Shown here piece after piece: positions 41,578-54,700 of a stretch of DNA of 64,000 bases. The notes below the pieces were generated by a model. That model had not been told where the DNA came from, made no database searches, and worked only from the letters and a program-made list of their open reading frames with translations. Made by a program: the position numbers and the translations under genes. Position 1 is the first letter of the stretch, and every line of letters begins with the position of its first letter. This DNA is from Lingula anatina (Eukaryota > Animalia > Brachiopoda), in the NCBI GenBank assembly GCA_051362555.1, contig CM120646.1:10354001-10418000 (forward strand). The letters run 5' to 3'.

Positions 41578-42369
41578 ATGAATCAACAGACAGTTTTCCT
41601 GATAATTGTCTGCACTTGGTGCCAGTTGCAAGGTGGCTGTGCCCAGAGTTCAAGGCCACATATCATTGTAATAGTGGCAGATGATTTGGTAAGTTTACCC
41701 TTGAGATGCAGTCACGTTACTGTTTTAAAACTTACTGATGTTTGTACAGCGTCTCTTTGATGTCCGTACCAACTCTGCTATCCTTTATTTTTAACATATT
41801 GAATGTTTGAGCAAATGAATTGAGGGTGAACATTGAATTGTATTCAAACTGTCTTATTCCAGTAAATAGTCTTTTACAAATCTTATAAAGTTTATCTTTC
41901 ATTAAATGTAGCATTAGTTGATTGTTACAGTATCATTACTGTATATGTCAGGTCTCTTCGCTGTACATATTCTAACAGTTCCCCTGTTGGTTTTAATCAT
42001 GGCCCTCTGGCCCCATCCACGAACACGCATGCATGCATGTACCTATGTACACAGTGATGAAACGAGTTAATTCACTAAATAGCATATTTATATCCATATG
42101 CCAACATTATTTCCACATTATTTGCAAAGATACAAACAATTTAAAAGTTGTGTTTATTTCAAATCGTATCCAAAATATGAAAATGGACAATAAGTTATTC
42201 TCATATTTTAGGGCTGGAATGATGTCAGTTTCCATGGTTCTAACCAGATCCCTACCCCAGCTCTGGACACTTTGGCCTACACTGGGGTGATGCTGTCTAA
42301 TTACTATGTCTCTCCAATCTGTACTCCCTCTAGGAGTGCCCTGATGACAGGGAGACATCCTATTCATAC

Positions 42370-42407
<38 letters not shown>

Positions 42408-45400
42408 GCACATGTGTGTGCATGCTACAGAGTGTGTGTGTCACAGTGTCTCTGAATGTCATAGAGTGTGTGTGTGTGTGTGTGTCACAGAGCATGCGTT
42501 TTTGTCATAGTTTTATAGAGAAAAAAAAGGATTTTCCTGAAAATTTCATCAATTTTCCCATAATTGATAAGGTTTACCCTATTTCAAATAAAGGTCCATT
42601 AGGCCATTTTTTAGTTCAAAATTGTCAGCTTCCATCTCCAAATATGGCCCGCAGAGGGTGCAATGTTATCTTTAAGTGCCCAAATGGAGATTAGGAAATG
42701 TCTTGCAAGCATGGTGCTAGGAGAGGTAAGAAATGCTAGTCACATTTTCTAAATATAAATGTTACCTGCAGTGCATAATTAAAGATTGATGGTGATTATG
42801 CTATTAACCATTTAAGGAAAACCATTATGATTCCATAACTTACAGAAAATATTGGAAGGCCCAAAATACTGGTTTAGTTCTAAAAAAAGTCTGGTTGGAT
42901 TCTTTTTTATTTTTTTAAGTAATGGATTTATTTATTTATTTTTTTTTTTAATTTATTTATTTATTTATTTATTGTGAAAATTTTCACATATTGGCATTTT
43001 CAACTCCATGTGCTTTTGAACTCCATGTGCCTGAAGCCCTTTACTAGTTATTTTTTGTAATGATACAGTATATTGTTTTAAAGTTGGTGGTGATTGTGCT
43101 GTTTAGCATTATGTAACCTATAAAAAATTTTTGCACTGCCCCTATAAATGCTCTAAGAGAAAAACTGTGTTACCTATTATTTTGTAACTTACAAGAATAA
43201 TTAATAGGATTGACATACAGTTGACATTGGAAAACCAGCTTGATTAGATTATTTGTCTTTCTTAAAACTTTTGTGAAATTTTCATTTTATTTCTTTTTTT
43301 TTTCATTTGTAAATCACAGGCATTTTTAAGATGTGACTTGTAATTCCCATCCACCAGAAGCTCTGTAACAGTTACATTTCCTATATTTCCACAAAAATGG
43401 TGTACATGCTGTTAAGCATTATGTAATGTTATTTTGTGCACTGTCATCATTTTTCTCATATCTGGGATTTTCAATGTTGACTGTGCTGTTAAGCTTCATA
43501 TATTCTGTACATCATTGTTTCTAATTTTGTAAACCCAGCTTTGTGTCAGGTGATATATTGCTGCATATGATCAGTCTTGAATGTCCCTTGTGGATAATTA
43601 CTAGCTGTGAGATAGGAGTTGTTAAATCATTTGACTCATTAACTAACAAGTGGCAATGATATTTTATAACCAGGTTAATTAAACAGGGCCATAAATTTCT
43701 TAGCCATAGTGTTTAAGTGTGCACAGACTTTCTCGGAAATCCTTAATCCCAGCATTAGGTAATATTGCATCAAAATTGACATCACAAAAACCAAATAAAA
43801 GGAAGACCACAGAGGTGCTTCACAGAACTTAAAGCCTCAACTGAGAAAATTAGTCTGATTGGATTAATATCATTATTTTGAAGTTATTTGAAGTTTTTTT
43901 TTTTAACATTTTCCCCTGTATTGTATGTCTGACTTTCAAGAACATAAAACATACCACATGATTTTGAATTCTTATGTGCTTGAAGCCCTATGCTAGGTAC
44001 TTATTCTGAAGTGGTGGTGATAATGCTGTTAAGCATTATATGATGTTCTTTTTAAATTAACAAAAAAATTGCTTAACATTTTTTTCCTGCTTTGTCTGAA
44101 CAACTGACGACTTTGCTGCCTTGTTTTATTCAGTAGGTTGAAATAGCCCAGTTTAAATGGGACTAACTGTTTATAATCAAAAATAATATTATGCAACACA
44201 AATATGATTAACATGTTTGCTTCTAATGCATATTGTCTATCTTTAAGTTGTGAGTCAATATCAAAAACTTTATACTGAATTGAAATTCAGGTGGAATTTT
44301 CGATGAATTATCAAGAGCATCTGTAAAATAGCAGTTCCTTCTTGCTTTTCATCTTTGTGGTATTTATGTTATTTACATGCGCATGTTATTACAGCTGATA
44401 TCTAATGTCATGATCTCTATAAATTACATAGGCTGGTCACAATCAGACATGAAATAATTTTGCATAGTATGTTTTTTTAAGCAAAATAAATAAATAAGTA
44501 AAATATGAAACAAAAGAAAATTACTGTTTTAAGCAAAAGTGTATATATTTTCAGGCCTCCAGCACGATGTCTTGGTGGGTGCTGCCCCCTATGGTTTGGG
44601 ACTGAATGAGACCATCATGCCTCAGTATCTGAAGCAGCTCGGCTATGAAACTCACATAGTGGGGAAGGTAATGAGAGAGGATTTTTAATTACAGACAAGT
44701 TTCTGTATATATTTTAACAAGATGAGCATCTGTCTGCAGGCCCATAGCCAGCAATTTCAAAAAGGTTCTTTTTCTGAAAAAGTGGACCTTTTTCCTTAAA
44801 AACTTCATGTGCCTAGATCAAATTTTACCCAGAGAGGACGTTTTCCCAGCAAAAGGGGCGGTTCTTTCAAACCCCCGAACCCCCCCCTGGCCTGGTCTGT
44901 GACATAGCTGTCTCTGTTGCTGTCGCTGCCCGATGCATGACATTTGCCCTGTAACCTCCAAACCATATTTTTGTTTGATTTTAAAGTTACTAAGTGGCTT
45001 TGTTTGGTAAAAGGGCAGGTTGCTTTCGAAAATTGGCATGATCGATTTACATTTACAGTAATTGTTCTGTTTTTTTTTATGTGAAATTTTCATTTTTCAC
45101 ACATTAGCATTTTCAGTGGCTTTTATATCCCATGGAACTAGGTTTTCAATGTCCATGTTACCTGTAGTACATCATGTAAGAGGATAAGAAGGATTATGCT
45201 GTTTTAAAGCCTTATGTAACAGTGGATCAAAATTGACCAAAACATTATTTTGTGCACTTTTTCCAGCATAATGTCTGAACATTTGATAGCTTTGCTGCCT
45301 CGTTTCCTGGATGCTGTCTGTATATTTGCCAGCTTTTCTGTCTAGTTTTAAATTAAAATTAACGGGAAAAGAATTTTCTTGACATTCACCAAGAAAGGAA

Positions 45401-48400
45401 AGGTTTATGGGAGATGAATGCACAGCCCCAGCATACTGCATATACAGTAGATCAAAAGATAATGAAAAATAATAATAAGTTAATTGAATTATCTTGCCTT
45501 TAAAAGATCTTCAAGATACTAATGGTATTAGATACGTTATCTATTTTGACATAAAATGAGGATAAAACTTATTTTGTTTCACAATTTTAATGATAATCTA
45601 GCAAATATACTGGGAAATTGGGTCATTGACATACCTGCTTTTCTCCGTAAGGAAATTCATCCAAACTTTTTCATCGCCTTTTGAAAGAGCTCAAATGATT
45701 ATGATATTTAAAGGGATAACAATTATTCATTTTGGCCAAAAAATGATTTTTCTTGGGGTAAAGAACAATTTTCCCATAGACTTGCCCTTCAAGAAATCGA
45801 CGGAAAATAGCTCTTTTTCAATTTTGAATGGGCACTGTAGAAAACATATAACAGTTAAAGCTCTCAAATTAAGCACATATGTGTGATATCATGTGAAAAA
45901 TAAGTTCTGTAAATTTCAATCCTAGCAGTTGAGTACATTTTGAGACAGAATGCTTTAAATGTGCAGCAAACCGTAACGCTAATCCCTTCAAGATCTCGAC
46001 GAAAACCGGAAGTGCGTCATGACGTCACTCGCTTGTACTTGGAAAGCTGCTGGGTGATTTTCCAATGAGAAATATTCCGTAGCTTATACAAATGTTCGGA
46101 AAATGACCATGCAGATAAAAGAAAATTCACTAATCAAAATTGAAACTGTGTAATTACATAGAAAAACATTGTGCATTCCTGACCTCGACTTGTCAGTGTA
46201 AACAAATTGTACTGAACGCATCGCAAGCAAGCACGTGAATGCCGCGTTTGATACTTTGTATCAGACACTTCATTTTACTTGACAACACAGTGTTTACGAT
46301 GGGCATGACAGGAAAAACAGTGCAAAAAAACACGCACTTCCGGTTTTCGTCGATTTCTTGAAGGCGTCGATTTCTTGAAGGGCGAGTCTACCTCCCAATG
46401 GTTAATGAATCCATTTCTACATTCAAAGTTAGTCCCTGTTTTTTTTTCTAAAAAGTTTTTTTTTTTTTTTGTAATATTCTCTTAAGAGTTTTTTTTTTTT
46501 TTTTTTTGTAATATTCTCTTAAGAGATTATCACAAAGTGTAGCCATCTATTATAGAGGTCAAGTGATGTGATGGCAAGCATAAACTCCAGAAAAAATGTG
46601 TTAACCGCCATTTTGGTGGTAAAATAGAATTTATTATATTTCTATGATTTGTTTGCAATGTATTTATAGTAAAATATGGATATCTCACAAACAGTTGTTA
46701 TCCCTTTAAGTGTTAAATTTGATTTTTATTCAGGTATTTCTTTCAAATCCAACATTGTTTTGGAAAATTTTCATTTTTAATGGTTTTGTCTGAGATTCGT
46801 GAGAAGTTACGGTATGCTAAGTGAAAGAATTTACAGTGTGTTAAAAGTCGGGTATGTTAATTTTAATCATGGAGGATCAGCCAGTCTGGAAATGTACTCA
46901 GTTCTAGTGAAACCTGTTAATCTAAAGGTGTCCTTGTACTCTCTTTTTAGGGCATTGACACAGTTGTGTCAGCGGTGCTATCAGCAGATTTAGGTCATAG
47001 ATAGCTACAATGTTATGCAAAACAGTGGCTCATAAATTGATACCCATCATTTATGCATGGCAGTGGCTCACAGATTTGCATTTTTTTGTTTCAGGGTTTA
47101 TCACAAACCTTTTAAAGTTAAAAAGTTCTGTTGGACAAAATATTTTCGGTATGACATCATCAGTTTTTGTGCATAGAATATTGATTTTTAAAGAAGAGGT
47201 TTTGGGGAATAATTAAAGTGCTTCACCCATCAATAAATATAATTGCTGATCATATCCCTGATGTATGGCAATGACTTGATTTTATTTTTGTGAATATTAC
47301 AGTTATAACAGTTGTTTTTTTTAAAGTCATTAAGTCATAAAATTTGACCATTTCCATCAAAAGGCAGCAACTGTTTTGTCAACTTATAGCTGTATTCTAT
47401 ACCATAAAAGCACAAAAAATGCTGCAAAGAATTACATTTTTAACACTTCCAAATTTTAATTAAAATGTATGTGAAAAATTGATAATTTATCTTCATTGAA
47501 AAGATTGAGTCATTACCGTGTACACTCATAATATTACTGACTGTGACCTGAAAATGACCTGATAACAGTTTAAGAACAACTTGATTAGATTAGGCCTGTT
47601 CACATGAGGTATGTCAAGGCTGGAAGTTGTGCCAACTGTGGTAATCAGATTTATTACTCAGTCTTTTCTCTGTCTGAGGTATAGTGGGAACTATGGAGAA
47701 AGGGACACAAATCATTATTAGCATTTGACTATTGTTTTATTTATTTATTTGGGGGCGGGGGGGGGGGGCAGTTTCCCACCTTAAGCAGCTGCAAGACCCC
47801 CAAAGCCACCAAGATATTTCTTCCTACTTTTATTGCACAACCCAAGAGCAAGTCTGGTGGTTACGACTGTGTCATTACTAATTGTTCACTTCTGTTGAAA
47901 GCATTGTTGTGTATAAATCCTGTAAAGAGAAGATGTTTGTTATGAAGTCTAAGTGAAACAGGACAATGGTTTTGAACTATTTATTTTTTTCTTTTTCGCA
48001 CTGTCACTGGCTCATTCAGTTAGGATATATACCAGCATTCAATGTTTTAATCAGAAATTATATATATATATATTATAAACCCAGTGGCTGCTCAATGTTT
48101 TTAAGCCACAGCCCATTAAATTAATGGGAAAAGGCTGGATTGCAGCATGGCATAGGGCAAATGAATTTGTTTAAGTATTGTGTATTAAGTATTGTGCTAG
48201 GAGAGATGAATGTGTCTGGCACAGCCATCACAATTTTTATTTTAATGTTTGACCTTTTGAGCAACAAACAAACTTAAAGTGTACATGTTTTTATAAGAAA
48301 TTTTTTCTTTGTAGTTGTTGTATTTTTTCAAGTGCAAAATTTGTCTCCTAGGCCATTTTAAAATTTGGACAGATAAAAGGACAGTGTATAACATTGATAT

Positions 48401-48700
48401 TGTCTGTGAAATGTGTATTGAGATAAAAAAAAACACAACATTAGTGCTAGATACCCTTGCATTGTTGAAGACTCCTGAAAGTTTATTTTTATATTTTTCC
48501 ACCCCAGTTCCACTCTATGTCTCCACCACCTTTTCTCCACTGACTAACAATTTACAATTTATTTTAAGCTGTAAATGAATTTTATGCATGTGTAAATATT
48601 GTGTGCATACATGTGACTTGAGAGGGTTTTTTTAAATTTACACATGAGAAAGTATTTATATGTTAAGCTGCATTATAACATTGATGTGTGTGTTTGTGTG

Positions 48701-48751
<51 letters not shown>

Positions 48752-51700
48752 CCTCTTTTCATAATTATTCCTCACAGTGGCACCTTGGGTTCTTCAAGAA
48801 GGAGTACACCCCGACTTTCCGTGGCTTTGACAGCCATTTTGGCTACTGGCTTGGCGAGGAGGGCTACAACAATCACAAGGCTTATGCTTATGTATGTACC
48901 TCAACTAACTAATGAGTAATTTAAAAGATATCAATTAGACTGATTTCAGTATTATGGTATGATGTGCATTGTACAGTATGCCTTTTGCAGAAATTTCAAA
49001 CTGTCTTTCATTATATGGAGCAAACATAGCTTTTCATTTCATTACTCTGTTTGAGAAAAAAAAAGAAAAAAAAATTATTACCAAAATTATAAAATTCATC
49101 CTGGTTTTCCAGCCAGGAGCATATGGTCTTGATTTCCGCCGTGATATGGCTCTGCAGTCAAACTACAGTGGGAGGTATTCAACAGAACTTTTCACTGAGG
49201 AAGCCACCAAAATAATTCAGAGACATGACACCAACAAGGTAAACTTTTGGAAATTTTTTACTATGGGTATTTTTTTTTAATTTCAATACCAGCCTAGCCA
49301 CTGGCAATACCATTAACCCTACTTCTCCGCAACTAAGACCCATACATTCATACCTTTAAAATTTTATGCACTTACTCCCACTGGTGGTAAAATACCAGGA
49401 CACGGTCTCACCTCTCAGATTCTTTAGTTATTTTTTTTAATATATATAATTGAAGGCGCTGGTGGTACCCATGGTTTTAGTCCCAACCCGTATGTTCCGC
49501 TGGCTCCTGCGGCTCTGCCGCCAAGTCATCGTTACTGCTTCTCCTCCTAGACTACAAGGGCCTACGTACCCATCTCTTGGATTTAGGTCATGTGTAATCT
49601 TAACTCGATGCACGTAAAAATTTGGGCATAGTCGGCGCTGGGGTCTAGGTGTGGCGCTTGTTGCAATGCACCCTTGTCCAAAATTGGCACAATTATATGC
49701 TAAATATCTACCATACCGAAGGAATTATGGGAAAAATTTCTACAGACGGCTGATTGAAAGTCATATGTGGAGATTTCAAATATGCCCTTGGATTTGACCT
49801 TTGACCTTTATTTCAAGGTCAAACGGGCCAAAATTTTCTAAAAATGGAAATTTTTTAAGATAGAAAATTTATTTCTTCCGATTTTTTAGAAACTACACAG
49901 ACCTTACTTATAATATTATGGGCAGTTCATCTTTCATCTCCGTGAGTTTTGGGTAAATTGCTGCATTTTCACGGGAGTAGCTGCCATAAAATACTGAAAC
50001 TGAAAACCCTCTCTGATTCAGGGACAGTAAGTGCTCTTGTTTTTTGCATTCTGTAGAGCATGTCAAGCCCAACACTGGAGGTGGCGTCCATTTTTTTGTT
50101 TTCCATATGGTTTACGAGTTATGCTGTATCAAAAAGTACATTGTGGTGGTGAAAGTAAAATGTGCAATACGGTAATATGTATAAAATTTCAAACGTCTGG
50201 AAAAGATAACATAAGGCTTAGCGAGGCAGACAACTTCTGGTCAAAAATGACATTATTTCATGAAATTCGAACATCTGGAATTTCTGAGCACCTCCCATTT
50301 CATGAATATCAACCAAAATTATCTTGTCTTTATTTCAGTGTGATATCTATATTTCACAATAAAAACATTGTGAATAACTCATAGAAATATAATATGTTTT
50401 GTTTTACCATAAAAGCGGCAGTTATAGCTATTTTTTCTGATATCTGAGCTAGTCTTTAGACCACGTGACCTCCATTGATGGCTATACTCAGTTAAAATCT
50501 CTTAAGAGATTTTAACAAAAAACCAAACTTTTTAGAAAAAAACCAGGGACTAACTTTGAATGTAAAAATGGATTCATTAACCATTGGTAAGTATGGGAAA
50601 ATCGTTGTTTACTCTAGGAAAATTAATTTTTTGGCCGAAACGAAGAGTTATTATCCCTTTAAGTTCTTCTTTACTAAATTTATGGCACATTACTGTAACT
50701 CCAAAATTGCAATATTTTAGTCCCTTATATCCCCAAAACTGGCAGAGATAAGGCCATAGTTACTATTGAAACTCAAATAGGAAGTCATATACTGGCAATC
50801 TAAATGTGACCTTAAAATTGACCTTTGACCTACTTTTAATCATGAACTGAACTTTGCATTATTATAGTCCCTTACATCTCCAAAACTGGTAGAGATAGGG
50901 CCATAGTTACTATTGAAGTTGAATAGGAAGGCATATACAGGCAATGCAACTGTGACCTTATAATAGACCTTTGGCCTATTTTACACCGTGAACTGAACTT
51001 TGCAACTTTTCTATCCCTTATATCTCCAAAACTGGCAGAGATACGCCCAAAGTTACTATTGAAGTTGAATAGGAAGTCATATACTGGCAATCCAACTGTC
51101 ACTTTCAAATTCACCTTTGACCTACTTTTTCACCACGAACTGAACTTTGCAACATTTTGGTCCCTTATATCTCCAAAACTAGCAGAGATAGGGCCCTAGT
51201 TACTATTGAAGTTGAATAGGAAGTCATATACTGACAATCTAAAAGTGACTTTGAAATTGACCTTTGGCCTACTTTTCACCATGAACTGAACTCTCCAAAA
51301 CTAGCAGAGATAGGCCATAGTTACTATTGAAGTTGAATAGGAAGTCATATACTGGCAACCTAACAGTGACCTTGAAAGTGACCTTTGACCTACTTCTCGT
51401 CATGAACTGAACTTTGCAACATTTAGTCCCTTATATCTCCAAAACTGGTAGAGATAGGGCCATATTTACTATTGAAGTTGAATAGGAAGTCATATAGTGG
51501 TAATCCAACTATCACCTTAAAATTGACCTTTGGCCTATTTTTCACCATGAACTGAACTTTGCAACTTTTCTATTAACCCATTACAGTGACGTCATATTTG
51601 CTCCGTAACACTCGTCCAGCGGCCATTCTGGAGGGAAAGAACGACGGGGAATAGTAGCGTAAATATAGGTGAACCAGATAAAATGAAATAATCTTCATAT

Positions 51701-54700
51701 CGTGATCAAGTACACCAAAAGGAAATAGTATATACATGTGAAAACTTCAGCTGATCAGCGTGATGGACCCATATAAACTCAAGACAGTCCAAAGACGTGA
51801 AATCCTGACCTACCCCTGTATCCCAACATCGTGGAATGTTGTCAGAAGCTAGTTCAGTTATCTTGTACTTCATTTTTCTTGTTCATTGGGTAATAAAAGT
51901 TATAGTTTTAGAGAGTTTACTGTGTAATCATAAGTTCAACCTTTCATAGAAGCAACTTTGTACATAAAGGATAGATATAAGGAGAAATTTGAGCTGACTA
52001 TCGGGATCAACCCTTACGGACTCAAAGAAGAGAGTATGCAGGGTTGTGACAAGAAATATTGCTGTCAGATATGATTTAACTGTACATCATGAAGCTGTCA
52101 GAAATTATTTCAGCATTCTTGTGCTTCATTTTGGTTCATTAGGAAGTATTTGTAACATGACTGTTGTTTGAGAGTTCAATATTTTACCATGAATTCAACC
52201 ATTCACAGTAGCAACATTGTTAGCATTTTATTATTAGTCCATACCTTCACAGAAGCAATGTATTTTTCAAACTTATGACATTCAATGTAACATAACAACA
52301 AGTCAGTTCATGAATTGATCTTTATTTGATTGAAAATATAGGAAAATGCACATTTTGTATGGATAAAAGTAAACATGAAATGTAAAACGTTGCACAATTC
52401 AATGACAGATTATCAGGGTCCCTTTCCTTTTGGTTGATAACACTGACATGAAAAATATTTCCATACTTTTAATGATGCAATGCAACATGTACATGAGCAT
52501 ATTAAGTCGAATCAAGCCACCATAATTTGAGAAACCTGTTTAGTATATTTTTTATCTATGTCTAGAGAAATGCTTGATTGAAGACTCACAATTGATATGT
52601 GCTGTGTGGGTATGTACATATAAGGCCTTAGATGGTGTTACTAAGCAGTTTGTAATTTTATTTAGGAGAATTCCACAACTGGTGGTCACAATTAAAAAAT
52701 GCACAACCTACATGTACAACAGCCATCTGTTTCTGCATATCAGACCATCTGTGGGAGGTGCACCATACAAAATTATATATTTCTTGCAAACTTTTCCATT
52801 TAGCCTTTAAAAATATGAGAAAGAAAAAAGTGTTTTCATTTCTTCTTGTGCTTCTGCTCACAATTCTAAATAAATCGAAAACCTATCCTTGTTGTATGCA
52901 AGCTATCAGGACAACAACTTTAAAACAACAAATGAACAATTAAATAAATAAACATATCCAATTAAATAACTCCTGTCATGCACTGAATTTCACTCTCCTG
53001 ATGTTCAGATCCTGTCTTCTCAGCTGGTCACAAAGATATAAGAATATTTTTTCGCTGCTTCTACCTTGTGTACCTGTCACCTTTTTTTTTTTTTTTTTGA
53101 TAACCAAGATTTATTTGCACCCAATCATTCAGTGTGGCTTGGTGGGAAAATGTCAGATCAATTTCCTAAATGTAAATTAACAAAAAAAGGTAACAATAGT
53201 TATTTTTATTCATATTGTAACTTGCATCATAATACAGTAGGAAAACACAGAATTCAACATTTTTCAAATTCATTTCATAAGTTCATTCAATTAAATGGTA
53301 CCTGAGCTAGAATATATACTTACAAAACAGATTTACTCCTAACACTACACTAAATCTAAAATCAAGCCACTAACTTCCAAATACACATGACACAGGTAAT
53401 TGATTTAATTGGCCCAGCTGAGCTGTGTACATTGTACTGTAGCCTTGACACTAATTGACAATAATGCTAACCAGGTATTAAAGAGGTAGATGACAGCAGA
53501 TAAAATCCAAAGAGCACCATAACTGATAACAAATTACACCCAAGGCAATAAGTGAGTCTTCATAATGAAAGTTGAAACCCTGCCTGGGTATTTCCACACG
53601 TTTTTACAACACACTCTCCACCAAGACTTTTTGGGCACTACTAATATGCAGTGTACGTGCGCTCATATCACCTCGGTCATTGGTTTTCTACTTTTTTTCT
53701 TTTATGGTAAAGGCTGCACAGCTGGGTCTTCATTCTTTGCTGTAAAATAAATTAGTTTTATCCTTTACTTGTCCGATGAGTCTTGATTCAAAGCCACTCC
53801 TCAGTCTCTCCTCCGTTTACGGTTTTCGTCCCTACACCTTGGATTGTTACCACTGCAGGCAGTCTGTGAACGCTTGTTAAGTTATTTATCTTCTCTCGAT
53901 CATATACCCTGCAGTAATTTATCATTTTACTCGGTTTAATATCAAAGAAAACACAGAAATTAAATGCTAAATTGTACATGTAAACATGATCATGCGCAGC
54001 AGACGATTCCGGTCTCCCTCCAGTATGGCTGCCGTTTGTTTTGATGACGAGGGCTACAATGGGTTTATACATTATATCTCCAAAACTAGCAGAGATATGA
54101 CCTTTGACCTACTTTTTGCCATAAACCGCATTTTACAAATTTGGAATAAAACTAATTCAAATTTTTACCCATGATTTTGTTTTAAATGGTAATTTTCAAC
54201 AAAAATATTGAGAACTTTTGTTTACAGCATTTTGTAGAGCTTGTCAAGCTCAACACTGGAGGTGGTGTCCCTTTTTTTGCTTTTCCATACAAATGTACTT
54301 ACTCCAGCAGTGGTATCACCTCTCTGATCCTCTAGTTTAAAATATTAGAATATTCAATTTTATTTTGAGTTATGTAGCGTTCATGAAATTGACATCAGGT
54401 GGTATATATAAGTTGCTTAGAAAGTTCAGTATTTTTCCAAACTTTGCTGGTGAAATCAGTTAGTTAAGTAGTGATGTCATTATACAAGGAGCTTGCCAGA
54501 ATTTATACTTGTATCTGTAAATAATGCCTATAATGTATTGTTCTTTATTTCAGCCCCTGTTTCTGTATCTTCCACACCAAGCAGTCCACAGCGCCAATCC
54601 ATGGGATCCACTTGAAGCACTGGACAAGTATTATAAACTGTTTCCTAACATTCATGATGAAAATAGGAGAAAATTTGCAGGTAAATACTGCAGCCATGGT

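Larger units (their letters stand above)
49445..54337 (+). mobile_element. Helentron-type non-autonomous element (HINE) copy 1 with ~146-bp array and two nested insertions, in sulfatase intron 5
   Basis: Collinear with 58303-61361 along the ~0.9-kb left arm, the array and the right arm ending CCTCTCTGATCCTCTAGTT. Confidence 0.85.

Noticed and set aside
51573-51579. piggyBac assignment from TTAA-CCC at the left end of the nested element
   Set aside because: The right flank is TTTA and the uninterrupted satellite unit has no TTAA target.
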